64,000 nt of DNA. Origin: Eledone cirrhosa (taxonomy: Eukaryota). This document shows, piece by piece, positions 13,483-28,865 of this stretch (position 1 is the first letter of the stretch; each line of letters opens with the position of its first letter). Made by a program: the position numbers and the translations under genes. The stretch covers positions 179,986,001-180,050,000 of the forward strand of contig OZ024743.1 of assembly GCA_964016885.1 (NCBI GenBank), read 5' to 3'. The notes under the pieces were generated by a model that did no database searches, was not told the origin of the DNA, and saw only the letters and a list, made by a program, of their open reading frames with translations.

Positions 13483-13688
13483 GTTTTCTTATTTAAGTAC
13501 AAAGCCTCGGGAAGGGAATGCCGATTAAATCGACCCCAGTGTGTTACATATATTTTATTTTTTCGATCCCTTAATGATCAAAGGCAAAGCTAACCTCGAC
13601 TGGATGTGAACTCAGAACGTAAATGGTTGTAACTCTATACCGCAAAGCATATTGTTCGACGCTCTACCGATAGTGCCAATCCGTCACC
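13483..13688 (-). mobile_element. tRNA-derived SINE (OR-like)
   Basis: AAAGGCAAAGCTAACCTCG, GAACTCAGAACG, CTCTACCGATAGTGCC match the 10581 copy. Confidence 0.8.
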
Positions 13689-13867
13689 GTGCAAATTTCA
13701 TCTAATAATGAATTCCGATATATGTAACATTAAGTGATTTGGAAATGTCACTAACCTGAGCAGAGGACCCTAATAACAGATAATTCTTTCAGGACTTCCG
13801 AAACCAATTCACATATCAGTAAATGATAAAGGATTGTTGTTTCCGTGGTTTAGTAAGTAATAAAACC

Positions 13868-14062
13868 AGGTTTGAAGACAGCCGATTTCTTCCAGGGAAG
13901 GATAGTGGAAGAACCAACCCAGTACTAGACTGGTACTTTTTTTGTCGAGCTCGAATGGACAAAGTAGACTTCGGTGGGATTAGAACTCAGATATCAGAGA
14001 GCCGGAACGAATATCAGAAAGCATTATATCCGACGTTCTAACGATTCTGCCAATTCACCGCC
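13868..14062 (-). mobile_element. tRNA-derived SINE (OR-like)
   Basis: Ends CTAACGATTCTGCCAATTCACCGCC (5' head with A box on the minus strand). Confidence 0.8.
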
Positions 14063-15288
14063 AGCACAACACATATTACAAACATGCAATTCTTATTTCA
14101 TAGACTGATTTTTTTGTTGTTGTATATTTATAATTTCTTCATTAGTTTAGTCGTCTAACTCTCTTTGCTTTTCCTTGTGAATTTGAAGTAAGTTTCTTAA
14201 GTGGCATTGAGTAATGGTGAGCCCCAAAGAAACGAAAATAAGCTGTAGCAAGCTGAGACTCTGACGTACTTTAGATTATGGGTTGAATCGAAATAATTGT
14301 ACTGAGTCATTGAGAAAGATATGAACTTCGTATGTTAATCAAATGTATATAATTTTCATCAACTAAAAGGTAGACATGTATCATAGTGTGTCGAGAGAGG
14401 TAAGCTCCCGCTAATCCAAGTGTCACCTCCTTGCTCCATCACATTCAAAATACATGCAGTTTGGTATATGAAATTTAATTATACAAGATAAACAAAAATA
14501 TTTCTCCGCTAAAAATCAATGCAAAACCACAGATTTTTATGCCTTTTCCAGCCAGGTTAACGTGACTTGTGTCTCTTCTTACCATTCTTGTTATAGATTG
14601 TCATTCCTCCCCAAATGTGTGAACCTCTGGAATAACCCCTCACCCACGTAGTTCATAGAAATATTTAGCACAAATATTTAAGTTGAATGTCAATCGCATA
14701 TATCTCAACAGAGTGTTGGATGTAGATGGAAATATAATAGGTGCTGCCATTCGGCACTCATTAACACATTAACTTATGTAAAGATGTAACTCACAAACAA
14801 CTAGAATTTCCACTACAAGTTAAATATCATGACATAGAAATCAATGTCTGGATTTCATAAAGAAACATATAATGACATTAAACAAATATTTTCCTGTCTC
14901 TCTACTAAATTCAGCATTTTATGTTTTAGAAATCCCAATGAATTTCCTATTTACTCTGGTGATAGCGTATTTTCATGAATATATCTTTGTTCCACATTAT
15001 GAGCATATATTTGAAATTCGAAAGAATAATATAACAACTCCGCATTTCTGTTTCAATTTGGTGACTATAATATCTAATATGGATTTATAGAAATAGATTT
15101 GTTAGATTAAAATATATTGAGATATTTATGAATTTTACACAATAGGAGGATGTGATGAAAATATTTTCAAACCGTATTAAAATTATTAGACAAACATTTT
15201 TATAATTTGTTACATTTTGTTTCAATTCAGAAATGGTTTATCGAATTCACATCTGCATCACTATAATTACTTTATCACATGTTCTCAG

Positions 15289-16279
<991 letters not shown>

Positions 16280-16705
16280 TTGGTAAACGGAATAGAAAAT
16301 GCTGACAAATTGTTCACAGTTGAAAAATGGTTTAATTAGGAATAAAAGAGTATTAGTGATTGTATGGGTTAGTATTCAGTTGTGGTTTTAAGTTTTTAAG
16401 TTTTTACCGGTTGCGCATTTCTAAATGCTTTTCAAAAATAATTTTGAGATAGAGTGTCCGTGCTGTTTGCTCTGATAGAGCAAACAGCACGGACACTCTA
16501 TCTCAAAATTATTTTTGAAAAGCATTTAGAAATGCGCAACCGGTAAAAACTTAAAAACTTAAAACCACAACTGAATACTAACCCATACAATCACTAATAC
16601 TCTTTTATTCCTAATTAAACCATTTTTCAACTGTGAACAATTTGTCAGCATTTTCTATTCCGTTTACCAATATATAATAACTTGTGTGTTACACCTCTAT
16701 TCTTT

Positions 16706-16709
<4 letters not shown>
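16280..16709. repeat. Perfect palindrome with ~195-bp arms and a 3-nt spacer (centre 16475), each arm carrying an HHR-like motif
   Basis: 16279-16473 is the reverse complement of 16477-16671. The right arm has TTT-TTGAAAA-GCATttagaaATGC-GCAA-CCGG-TA-AAA (16512-16548), mirrored at 16402-16438. Confidence 0.9.
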
Positions 16710-16804
<95 letters not shown>

Positions 16805-17398
16805 GTGTGTTTAATATTTTGTCAGTAGTAAACATTATATCTCAATGGATAATATCGCTTAGACTATATCACAGAGAACTTTATAAATACAAATATAGAG
16901 CCATCTCACATAAGGCTCAGAATTACCTGACGGGATGATTGAAGTAAAGCGCTTTAAAATAAAGATCTTCACTACCGTATCATCAGAGGCAACAAATTTC
17001 CCGAGATATGGGGTTTTTCCGGGTACCTTCATAAAAAGAGAGAGAGAGAAGGATAGAGAGAAACAGATAGTGGTAGTGAGAGAGTAGATTGAACGAGAGA
17101 CATAGAGAGAAGGAGAGGAGACAGAGAAGGAAAAGTGAAGAGAGAGAGAGAGAGTTGTGGGTTTGTTGTGTGTGTATATATATATATATGTGAGTGTGTG
17201 TGTATATATGTGTGTGTGTGTGTATATGTGTGCGTGTGTTTTTGACCAGTATATATTGATCACAGACATCCACATATATACACACACACACATATATATA
17301 AACACATACACAAACGTATATATATGGGCCTTCCAGTTTCATTTTCCGTTATATACATGTCTGTGAATATTTTAATTATTTTAAAACATACATAAGGA

Positions 17399-17590
17399 CG
17401 ATGGATTGGCAGTATCGTTCTACCATTGAACAACATATTTTGTGGCATAGAGTGATGACCATTTACGTTCTAGGTTTTTCTTTGCCTTACGGAGTCGATA
17501 AAATAAAGTACCCGTAACACACTGAGATCGATTTGATCGACTTTCAGCACTCCCAAAATGGTTGCCCTTGTGCCTAAATCAGAAACCATT
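17399..17590 (+). mobile_element. tRNA-derived SINE (OR-like)
   Basis: GGATTGGCAGTATCG head, GTCGATAAAATAAAGTACC core, CTTGTGCCTAAATCAGAAACC tail. A second tail copy follows to ~17705. Confidence 0.78.
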
Positions 17591-18553
17591 ATGAGAGGAA
17601 TAGTTTTAGTGGCAGATATGAAAATAAAATGATGTACTTTTATCCATTTTAATCGAAGTCCCCTCCTCCAAAATTATTGGCATTGTCTTTTAATCAGAAA
17701 CCGTAACGTATATGTATCTTTTGTACAAAAATGTATATTTTCCATACCAATATATTTATGCACATGTTGACATGCTTTACAATTTCACGCTAATTACTCG
17801 CTTTCTTCTTTAGACGCGGAAAATTCTTCGATTATCATGTCTGTTTAATGAATGTGTTGATATGAAGAGATGGATGCTTTCCAGATATCTGCCGAATTTA
17901 TTTTACAAAACATAATTTACAAAACTGAAATTAACGCGCTATATTTAATAAGATTTATGATGGAGAAATCGTAGGTTAATATTATTACGATTTCATTAGT
18001 TAGCCGGAATTACATGGCTAATTAGCTATTGAAACATTGAATAGTTAAACTAATCTAAACGAAAACACTGACAGTTCGAACAAAAACAAATACCATTAAG
18101 TGTAGTTAAGCATGAACAACTTAAATGGAAATATAAAGTAAAGGTGGGAGTTTTCTTTAATGGAATTTGTTTTTGGCTTACGCATGTTCAACATTATGCC
18201 TGTTAGTAACATAAAGGAAAGAAACAAAAAAACATTACATCATAAAATATCGACAGAAAACTGTTTCCTCCCTGCACACAATTCACACATTTAATCATTG
18301 GAATAAAATTAGGAAAGACTTATAAAAAAATTTAAAGATTATTACACAATCTAAAATAGTTTAAATAAAAATATAAACTGCATTGCTTCGCATTAAATAA
18401 ACAGATTTCGGAAATATTATCAACATATGATAGATAAACAGCCGCATTTTCACAATACTGAGAGATTGAGAGGGCAAAAGAAACGGATGCAGTAACTCTG
18501 CCAGCAATGTTGAAGTATTTTGTAGAGTTAGACTACAACCACAGCTATTCTTT

Positions 18554-18588
<35 letters not shown>

Positions 18589-18613
18589 GTAGTAGTACTA
18601 CTGCTGCTGCTGC

Positions 18614-21351
18614 TTGTTGTTGTTGTTGTCGTTAATTCACCTCAGACGCCTGAGGATCCTCCTCAAAAGGGCTAGAGATGCGACTGGGAGACGGACTAAT
18701 TCCTCTAAGGAATGCCGAGTTGGTGATGGTATCTCTCGATCGCCAATGCAGAGCATCGTAGCCAGACGTGTTCAGACTCCTCCTCCTCTTCACCGCAGAG
18801 TCTGCAAGTGCTGTCTTCACGTTTGTCAGTCAGTAGCTGCCACCTGCCAAGTGCTGGATGGTGCCCACTTCTGAAGTCGATAAGGTGGGGGAGATCAACC
18901 TTGTCTATAACATGTTTGACTCTCTCGTCCGGCGGTTTGCTGAAGGTTTAGATAGTTCTCTTGTGGGTGAAGGGTGCTGGTCTACACCCACTTTTGATGA
19001 GAGCTTGTCTCGTGGCATGGTCAGCAGGGGTGTTAGGTTGTGGAAGTGAGGAGCCCTGATTTGCGAGTTTGTCTGCTAGTTCATTCCCTTTTAGATTACA
19101 ATGACCAGGGACCCATACAACAGTTAGGTTTTTATCTTCTCCGAGGTTGTTAACTGCTGCCTGGAGTTCTGTTATAATGGGATCTTTGGGGGCAGAGTTG
19201 TCGATTGCCTGAACTAGAGATTTACAGTCGCAGATGATGGTCGCCGAAGTGTTTTTGCGTTATTGGTTTGTAACCAGTGGATGGCTTCTCTAAGCGCAGC
19301 TTTTTCTGAGTGAAAGGAGCTACTCCTACGCCTATTGCTGTACGCCACACGTGGACGACCTCACCATCTTTCATGATGACCATACCAGCTCCGCCATCGG
19401 TAGTGCCTTCTTTTGTAGACCCATCGGTGTAGATTTGAACATCTGACGGGGCGAGAGTTGATATGGTGTCTAAGGCTGACGTCAGTTGTTGGTTTGCGTT
19501 TTGGGACTTTGATGTATTGGTGTAGATTACATGTATGGGGGTGGGTTAGCTATGGGGGAGGTTCTGGGTCTTTGGGTAGGGGTGTCGTGGGGATAAGATG
19601 TAGTCGTGCCAGGTGCTGGGATTGGGTGCCTCTCCAGTCTGTCTTATTGAGCCTTTTTCGGCAGCTGGTATTGAAAGCTTTGTGCCGTTCGCCCGTCTTT
19701 GGTAGGTTTCCCCAGTGATCAGCTTTAAGCAGTGAAAATGTTGAGAATCTGGAGGAGAGCGTAGGTAACTGGGATTCTGCTAGCACAGTGTCGGTCGGCG
19801 TGGTTCTGACTTGGCCAGTGATGGCTCGAGCCACGTCTAGTTGTACTCTTTCGAGCTTGCCGATCTTGATGGCAGACAACCAGTGTGTCCAAGCCGGGGC
19901 CGCATATTCTGCGATGCTTCGTTGTACAGCAGTGTAGATTTGACGAAATCCGCCTTCTTCCATCCCCACGTCGTTCCTGCTACAGTTTTTAGTAGGTTCG
20001 TTCTCGATTGGATAGTTCGACATACCTTCTCGACATGTTCCCCAAAGGTTAACTACCGATCGTATGTGATGCTCAGGAATTTTTAGGAAAGGGTTGCAAG
20101 AAAGTTGCTTCCCGGTTATTGCGATACTGGGCTGCCACTTTGCCTCTGATCTAGTTTCCTTGCTCCATTCAGCTACCTTGTCAACCTATTTTTGTAGTAG
20201 GACGGCTACTTCATCTTTATTCCTTCCGTTACACGCGATCGCCAGATCATCTGCGTAGGCGCTGACGTGCGTAGATTCTTCAAATCCATCTAGGAGGCTG
20301 TTTATGTAGACCGTGAAGAGGATTGGAGACAGGACGACCCCTTGTGGAAGGCCTTCTTTAAACACTCTGCTTCTACTTGTCGTTCAGTTAAGACGGACTC
20401 TCGCGGTCGGTTCACGAACCATGTCGACAGCCATTCAACAAAACGTAGGGGAACACCAAGCCTCAGCATGCTCTGCAGTAGTCCAGTTCTCCAGACACGA
20501 TCTTACGCCCTGCTAAAGTCTAAAAAGGTGGCTAGGGAGGTTTTGCGCTGCGACGACTGGAAACCATCCGAGATGAATTGGCAGAGTCGGAGGCATTGAT
20601 CGGTTGTACTGCGTCCTTTGCTGAAACCCGCCTGCCAGGGACTGAGAATCGAATGCTCCTCGAGCCTCCATGACAGGCGGATAGCAATCAGTCTTTCAAG
20701 TAGTTTTCCTATTGTTGAGGTCAGTGATATTGGGCAGTAGCTCCCTACTTCTGCTGGATCTTTGCCTTTTTTGTGGAAAGGTATGATTGTCGCCGTCCGC
20801 CAAGACTGAGGGCACCAATTTTTCGTCCAACTATGGTTTACAATTTGCAAAAGTTCAATTTGAATAGATTTGGTTAGGTGTTTGAGAAGGTCTGGCGCTA
20901 TTCCATCTGGACCTGCTGTTTTACGTGCTTCGGTCTTTTTTATTGCAGCGTTGAGTTCATCCAGGGGGAAATCGGCTTCTATCCTTTGCCTGGGGGCAAG
21001 GAGCAGGTCTTTCATTTCTCTTTTCAATAGTCTTCCTGTCCGTCTTGATTCTTTGTCGCTCTTTCTTCCACTTATAGTGGCATACTCTCGTACAAAAGCT
21101 GCAGCCTTCCCCCGGTCGCTGGCGTAGACAGTACCTTCATATGTCAAAGATTTCCCAGTTGACTTTCAAGCTTTGCGACATAATGACTTTACCGTAGCCC
21201 ATGCCTGCTTGGTATCTTTCGTTTCTGAGATTTTTTGTAAGCGATTTCGCCACGTTTCCCTTTCTTCTTCTGTGAGTCTTGCAATTTCTTTGCAGGTCTC
21301 CATCCATTCAGCACGGTTTTTTCCCCTGTCACGCCGCAATTTGTTACGCAA
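18614..21351 (-). mobile_element. Ingi/I-group LINE with RT and RNase H, 5'-truncated and decayed
   Basis: KTAGPDGI, YCPISLTS, QAGF, FLDFSRA, PQGVVLSP, AYADDLA. RNase H motifs IYTDGS and WVPGHC. C-terminal CRLC knuckle and (CAA)n tail. Confidence 0.88.
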
Positions 21352-21734
21352 TTTGTTACTGCTGCTTCTGTTGCTGTAGTTGCATTTGTCAAATTCTAAT
21401 AAAATGAAAAGAAATACACATTATTGATTAGCGGGAGGGTATTTTGATTCTTCGCAGTAAAGAGTATATTCTTGAAATATTCCCCGTATATTAAATACAT
21501 TATGGCAGGGGGTTGTCAGAATCACTAAAATGTTGAATAAAATATCTTGTGGTTTATTGTTATGTCCTATAGCACCACCTTTCACCTTAAACAGATAAAT
21601 AAAAAGTACCAAAACATGTAACTGACAACTACCATTCTCTCTCTCTCTCTCTCTCTCTCTTCCTCTCTCACATTCTCTCTCTCTTCCTCTCTCACATTCT
21701 CTCTCTCTTCCTCACTCACATTCTTTCTTTTTCT

Positions 21735-22155
21735 CTATCTATCTATCCTTTTATCTTCTTCGCTCACCTATTCCTGAGTAGGTTGTGGGGGCGGAGTCCT
21801 CAAACACTCTTTCCAGCAGGTCCTGTCAGAAGCAACCGTCTCTAACTGATCCAGCTGGATCCCAAAGTGAGACCAGCCCAGCTCATGGATGTTATCCAAC
21901 CATCTTTCTCGGAATCTACCCCTGGGTCTCCTTTTTTCGCTTAAAATCACCCCAGTGATTCTTTCTTGACACATGCTAAGCAAATGCCCATAGTATCGAA
22001 GCTGTGATAACTTACAACTGGGAGGTGTGATCTCTCAATTCGGAGAAGTAAATGCTCTACCTGGAGTGACTCACTGATCTCCGAGCTACATACTCTATCC
22101 AGTAACGTTACTTTAAAGGCCCTTGGGTCATTACCCATGATTCATGACCATAATC
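21735..22155 (-). mobile_element. RTE-clade LINE 3' fragment
   Basis: YGHESWVMT, LLLRIERS, RRPRGR..RWLD, DRTCWK. Confidence 0.8.
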
Positions 22156-22790
22156 ACTATCCTCTGCATATTACGATATGCGTTTTCCTTTATTGAGTTA
22201 GCTTCATGAATGTTATCATTTATCTGAAAAGAAATAACAATAATAACATTTATAAAAAGTTAACGATATTAAACCTGTGCCCTGAAAGAACTGAGTAACC
22301 CTGTTTAGAACAAAAGTACGAATAATTACAGAGCAACATGAGGCAAATAAAACGACTCAATATAACACATTGTGTTGCGACATAATCCAAATAGAATATA
22401 TTTAACGCCTCTGAAGCAATACTAAGTAATAAATTAATAAATTTAATTAGCGGTGAAAGTTTATGTAATCAAATGTGAGGCACATTTAATTAATTGGAAG
22501 GTGGCTGTCTCCACCTTCCTGTATCTAGTGATATTGTATGCCCTCACACCCTACATTCCCTTCTGTTGAATGGGACATTCATGAAAAGTGGGTGTTGCGG
22601 CAGTCTTCAAACCAAATTAAGTTTTAATACTTGTATTGCATACACTCCCTTAGTTGGTTTCTACTAACGTAACTATGTAACTGTGTGTGCCGTGACTGCA
22701 TGTATGTGCGTACGTCTGCTCATGTGTGTTTCCATAAGGTCACACACCACTGTGTGTATACTTATGATCTAGAAATATGTATATACATAC

Positions 22791-22827
<37 letters not shown>

Positions 22828-23767
22828 AGTGTGTGTATGCATATGTGTGTATATATATATATACATACAATATATATATATATTTGTATATATATTCATA
22901 CACATAGATGCATATATACATATACACATACATACATATATATATGTGTGTGTGGGGGGGGGGGGGTGCATATATATGATTAGGGACAAAGGTATAAAGC
23001 GAGAAAAGTAAGATGTAATGACAGATGAAAGTTTAGGAGTTGAGAAAATTGAGTCAATTAGGACGCTACTTCCTTAAGTGTTATTAAATGGTCCACCGTG
23101 ACCTCCTTTTGGTACTTTTCATCAGGGAAGAAATAGAATAAATTCGACCGTGGGAAGTGACCCCAGCAAGCTAGTGTAATGGCTCAGTTGTTGCTGGTGA
23201 TGGCAGTTCTGTTAATAGAGCTATTATATTGACCGTTATTTAGAAATCGCAAATAGATATTTATATATTCATATGAAGACATTTCATTATATTCACATTT
23301 CATTATATTCATATATATGAAAATGCAATAATTGAATGAACTTCACTTGCATTTATCTGTCTGTCTATCTATCTATCTATATAATAGTATGAGTTGATAG
23401 ATGTATATCAATCTATCTATCTGCATACCTACCTATCTATGTATCTGTCTGTGTATGTTTGTAGTTCCTGGATTATGTTGTTGCTTCATATCTTTTTCTA
23501 TACTCACTAAACGTCATCCATACACATAGATATTTGTATATATATATATATATATAAATGTATGTATAGTATATTTAATATACTGTATGTTTATTTAAAA
23601 ACATTTTGAAGACCATTCGCTATGAGTTTTAAAGTAGTGACTATGTCACTTACTTTGTATCGGCAATAAACATACAGTATATTATCAAATATACTATACA
23701 TATATTGATACATACATCGCTATTTCAGAGCACTGATACTAATTCGATATATATATATATATATATA

Positions 23768-24249
23768 TCACGAACAAGATAGACGGAATGCCAGGCTTTG
23801 ACTATTGGAGTGGATTAGAAAAGCTCAAACGTTACTCTTTCCAACTCCGCCGTGAGCGCTCTATTATTTGAATGACGTGGAACATATTCCATCACCATTG
23901 TTCAACTGATGTTGGCATCATCTTTAAAATACACTTAAAACTTGGGTCCTGTGCTATTCTCCCTCAATCACAGTTACAACATTACGCCACATTTACTTCA
24001 CCTCAACTGGTCCCGCTCTCTTTAACATTACACCAAAATACATTAAAACAGAAACGGATCCAATAAAATTCAAAGCATCTTTGGACAAATTCCTTCAAGA
24101 AATCAGTATAAACCTTCTATGTCTCTGTAAACAATAACTCTCTACCTGAGTGGACCATGGTATACAAATCCTTAATTGAAAGACTTCGTTATGTGGTACA
24201 AGTTACACATGGTCTAATCCGATACTGGCGAAAACGAATGAAAGTCATC

Positions 24250-24256
<7 letters not shown>
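23768..24256 (+). mobile_element. CR1-clade LINE 3' fragment
   Basis: TNKIDGM..DYW..LEKLKRYS..RRER, GPALFN, FKASLDKFL. Confidence 0.75.
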
Positions 24257-24323
<67 letters not shown>

Positions 24324-24492
24324 GAATATAAAAGAGAGATAAACACATGTATATACATATGTGTTCAATTCGTAAGGGTCCAGATTCGTAGGGTGAAAAC
24401 ATACTAACTATGAACAATAGGGTTTGCCAGACTCAATTTAAAATAATAAATCAAGAAAAGAAATACAAACGGATATTGGGGCAACTGCCAGA

Positions 24493-24570
24493 CACCCACG
24501 CAGCTTTTGGTATTTCTGTTTCGCAATTTTAGCGAAGGGAATTACCAATTTTTTTGCTCATCAGTGGATG
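24493..24570 (-). ncRNA. Hammerhead-like motif with mutated cleavage site
   Basis: CATCCA-CTGATGA-GCAA...TTGC-GAAA-CAG...CTG-CG-TGGGTG. CG replaces UH. Confidence 0.65.
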
Positions 24571-25763
24571 TAAAATTAGTAAACCCTTCACTTCTAAGTG
24601 TCTCAGAAGACTGAATAGAAGTGAAGGGTGTACTAATTTTTCACCCACTGATGAGGCATCTTTTTAATGAATCCCCCGTTGACACCGATAACTGCTTCAA
24701 TAGGAGGTCTGAAATATTCACATGCTTGAATCACATGGTATTTAGATAAGTGAATATGAAAATTTAAACAGGATAAAGATTTAAATAGGTATGGTCAACT
24801 GGTGGCAAAGTAGCATTAAATGAAAACGTGTGAAGCAAGGGGAAACTTAATTTCCAACAATAGCTGTTAAATTGACTCCTGGCGGAATACTCAACATATA
24901 AGTTGACTCAGTATATTCGACGTTCGCTTTACAAGCATAAGGATCAGAATTTGATCCCACTGCTTGTACTTTTGGGTAAGAGACTTTTGGCTATAGCCTC
25001 GAAATGGGCCATACCTTTTGAATAAAACTGAAAAGCTGTCAAATACATTGTACCTACCATTGTACCTACGGGCTATATCACACAGTGTGTCCCACTGAAT
25101 CAACCTTGAAAATTGCGTTACGGGTGAGCATGTTTGGAAAGTACACCAAGAATTTCAAAATCATAGGTGTTTCCGCTGTTCGAATAACTGTAACACGACA
25201 TATCGAAACAGACGGAGCTTTATTTACTTAAAGGTAATTCTGGGGTTACGTCGAGTTATAAAAATGTGTATATTTTTATCAGAATAGGAAGAATGAGAGT
25301 AAAAATAAAAAGAATCCTGATTTGAAAGCAGAATGTAAATGACTGTTCAGGTTGTGTAACAATTGATTTAGTTTGCCATAAAGCACGATTTGCAGAATTT
25401 CAAACACACACATATAGTTATATATTATTTATACCAAAGTAATATCATTATTAGACTGTTGTATGTGAGATAGAATAACAGACTAAAGCATTTGCATTAT
25501 TTAATGTCCTGCGTCGCCATTCTCATATACATTTCCGCCTGGATCGATCTTCTAATTACTCTTTCGTCCCTTTCACATATACTGAGGTACATCAAAGTAA
25601 TATACACCCAGTCTACAATGGCTGTACACCAATGTTAGTTATGTATTATTCCCCATAATGATATGTTGAAGAATATATATATATATACATATATGTCTAC
25701 ACCCTAGTAGAGGCTTGCTAAACACACAAGCTGAAATCGCTTGGTGGCGCAGTCGGGATTTCA

Positions 25764-25828
<65 letters not shown>

Positions 25829-26929
25829 AAGTACAGCCAAACATAGAGTACAACAATGAACGGGAAAATTTGAAAAAAAAAGTCTGCTCTAGCCAATGTT
25901 TTAACTTTATTTGTCCTTATGTTTCACTGTCTGGGATTATTTTGATTTTTTACATATCTCTATTAGATTATTCTATTTACTTATTTCTTATTACTTTTCT
26001 TTGATTTTTTTTCTGGTTTCCATTCCATTTCTTTATTGTCAATAACATACTAAGATTTGAGGATTAACATAGATTACTTCATAATTAATATTTGAGTAGG
26101 TGGAAAGTAAACCCAGTTTTATATGAGACTTATTCTATGTTCTTCATACCATATCTCTATTGTTACCTCCAGTATGGAGAACATATTTGAGTTGCTAATT
26201 ATCTACTCTGATATTTCGTGATGTTTCAATATAAGCATCTATTCCGTTTTCTTCTTAACTTAAAACGTTTCCAGATTTGCTATCATTGATTCTATCCACT
26301 TACTGTATTATAATTATTTGTTTAATCATCACATAGTCAAAGAGTGTTTGACTCGCAGAGATTTTGCATCACGAAGAATCTAAATAGATTTTAGATTTGG
26401 TTTCCAAATCAGTATTATAATGTACTATATTTAATAATGTAATGAATTGTTTCCATCGTTTCCCTGCATTTTCCATTACTATGTTCCAAATCAGCCGCTC
26501 TTTACATTCTATTTCCCAATTTTATACGCATTATTCCAAAGACGCATTATTCCAAATGCGGTACTAATTATTTTATGTAATTCTATATATCCCAAGATTA
26601 TGGCATAAAGCAAATGATAGACAAATCTCCACCATGATAAGAATAGGGTCTCTCGGAGTGAGTATTCTGAGACTATCATACCCCTATTAAAATGTGTTGC
26701 GAGTGAAATAAGACAATGTCGTATTAGTTGTTTGGCCCTAACATATGGAGATTTTTTTATAAACAATGATTATAGATTAAAATCATTTAATCCACACATT
26801 AATATTGTGGTTCCTGTAACAGTATACGAACGAATAGACTCGATCGACACATTTATGCGTTTCACAGTTACCCCTCTATCAACAAACGTGAAGACTTTAC
26901 GAACATTTATCGGGTTAAACCAAACGGGA

Positions 26930-27085
26930 GGAGAGCTTAGGGTAGACTGCGAGCAAGATGGCTGGGTAATATCCACGAGCTCGGTTGGACTTGTTTAGGG
27001 AACCAGCCGGATCAATTGGAGACAGTTATTTTCTGACAGGACCCACTGGAAAAAGTGTTTGAGGACTCTGTACCCTACGACCCTC
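26930..27085 (+). mobile_element. RTE 3' fragment (same family as 21735-22155)
   Basis: TCTGACAGGACC...GTGTTTGAGGACTC is shared with the minus-strand copy. Confidence 0.7.
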
Positions 27086-27104
27086 TCTCTCTCTCTCTCT
27101 CTCT

Positions 27105-27171
<67 letters not shown>

Positions 27172-27272
27172 AGAAGAAGAAGAAGAAGAAGAAGAAGAAG
27201 AAGAAGAAGAAGAAGAAGAAGAAGAAGAAGAAGAAGAAGAAGAAGAAAGGCTATCACTCGTCTCAGGTATAC

Positions 27273-27439
27273 GTTTGCCAATTTGGGTTAAAACAAGACA
27301 AACAGTTTTTATTGGTACTTTATCGATCTCATAAGGGTGAAAGGCAAAGTTAACCTCGAAGAGATTTGAACTCAGAACAATACTATATGTCTCAAAACAT
27401 GTTCTCCACCGCTCAATTGATACTGCCATTTCACCGCCC
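27273..27439 (-). mobile_element. tRNA-derived SINE (OR-like)
   Basis: TGAAAGGCAAAGTTAACCTCG, GATTTGAACTCAGAAC, TCACCGCC. Confidence 0.78.
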
Positions 27440-27970
27440 ATTATATTTAATATTGAATGTGTCCTTTCTGTGTTGCGGCTCTAGTAGATCTAGTTTAACT
27501 GTTATTTAATAATATAAAGTGAATGAGAAATAAAAAGATTTGAAAACTTGTTGAAAGTTGAGAAAACTGAAAAACGTAGGCTACGTCGTTAAATCTACAG
27601 TCAATGACAGATAACATAGGACATTACCCACGTCTTCAAATCCGTCATATAATTTAATTTAATTTAAAAATCCCCAAAATCATTGATGTCGCCAGCTAGA
27701 CGGATCTCCAAGCAATAATTGTTCTAAGGGATGGTATTATCTAATTATCATCCAGTTACTATATCTTCCTATTGACAAAGATGTTATTCTAGAAGCTAGA
27801 TTGTCGACGCCAAACCCACTGAATTGTAGTATATGCCATCCTGATCTGAATAATTTTTATCATTTTAAGATTAATAATCTCTTTTTGTTTGCTATATCCG
27901 TAGAAAGATTCGCTTGTTTAAATATGTGCTGAGAATGAAATATACTTCGCCGTCCATTTTATTATTAACA

Positions 27971-28865
27971 CTAGCAGAGGTACCCGGCGTTGAAAAGGAT
28001 ACGGTATTTTGGAACGCGGGCCGCCAATAGACCTAAAAACTGCATGCCTGGACAATATGTAAAGAAAATAAACCGAATACTCTGATAGATGGATAATCTT
28101 TAAGATTTTCCTCGATGAAGTAGGAAAAATGCAGGTTTTCACCTAATGCAGGACCTATGGGATGAAGAAAATGAATTTTTTTATGTGCATAATATGTCTT
28201 GAAAATCGGCTAGACGTAACGCCTCCAAAAAGCCCCAAGAAGCTGAACAAATGAAGTTTTTCACATAATGAGGGCCCTAGGCCATAAGGAAGTTGGATTT
28301 TCTTTGCTCACGGTATGAAGAAGAGACTGACTAATACATAGTTACAATTTCAAGGAAATCGGTCTGACGTAACGCCTCCAAAAAACCCTAAAAATGTTAA
28401 ACAACTCAGTTTTTCACCTAATGCAGGCCCTAGGAGATAAAAAAAAAGTTGAATTTTGATGTGCATAACACTCCCTGAAACATAAGTAATACACATGTAA
28501 AGTTTGAAAATAATCGGTTTTAGGGATCAAACTCACACACACACACATACACACACACACAGACATCCTCAAGGAAGTGACGTAATGCAGACAGAAGACA
28601 CACAGACAGATATTATAAGGGCGCGACATTATAAGTATGTATCTATCTAAAAAGAGAAAGACTAAGAATTATAGAGCGAGATCGCTAAATCGCCTGATCT
28701 GGTCCCTGGGGCATAGAAAATGTGAAATGTTTTTTGCTCAGAACACTCCCTGAAATATACGTATTACATGTGTAAAGTTTGAAAACAGTCGGTTGGGTGG
28801 TTCTCGAGTTTTAGGGATTCGAACTCACACACACAGACAGACATCCTCAGTTTTATATATATAGA
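27971..28865 (-). mobile_element. Non-autonomous Helitron with internal subrepeats
   Basis: 5'-TCTATATATATAAAACTGAGG at 28865 and 3'-CCGGGTACCTCTGCTAG at 27971. Internal repeats GACGTAACGCCTCCAAAAA and TTTTCACCTAATGCAGG. Confidence 0.75.

Noticed and set aside
13868-14062. tRNA genes
   Set aside because: The A/B-box sequences are SINE heads without a cloverleaf.
16930-17030. Minus-strand CTGATGA with ACGG/CCGT stem as a hammerhead
   Set aside because: No GAAA box or stem III follows. At best a deleted remnant.
26100-26500. Ancient RLE-element remnant (KCR..ETIH-like) on the minus strand
   Set aside because: Only a marginal motif, with no supporting RT or endonuclease residues.
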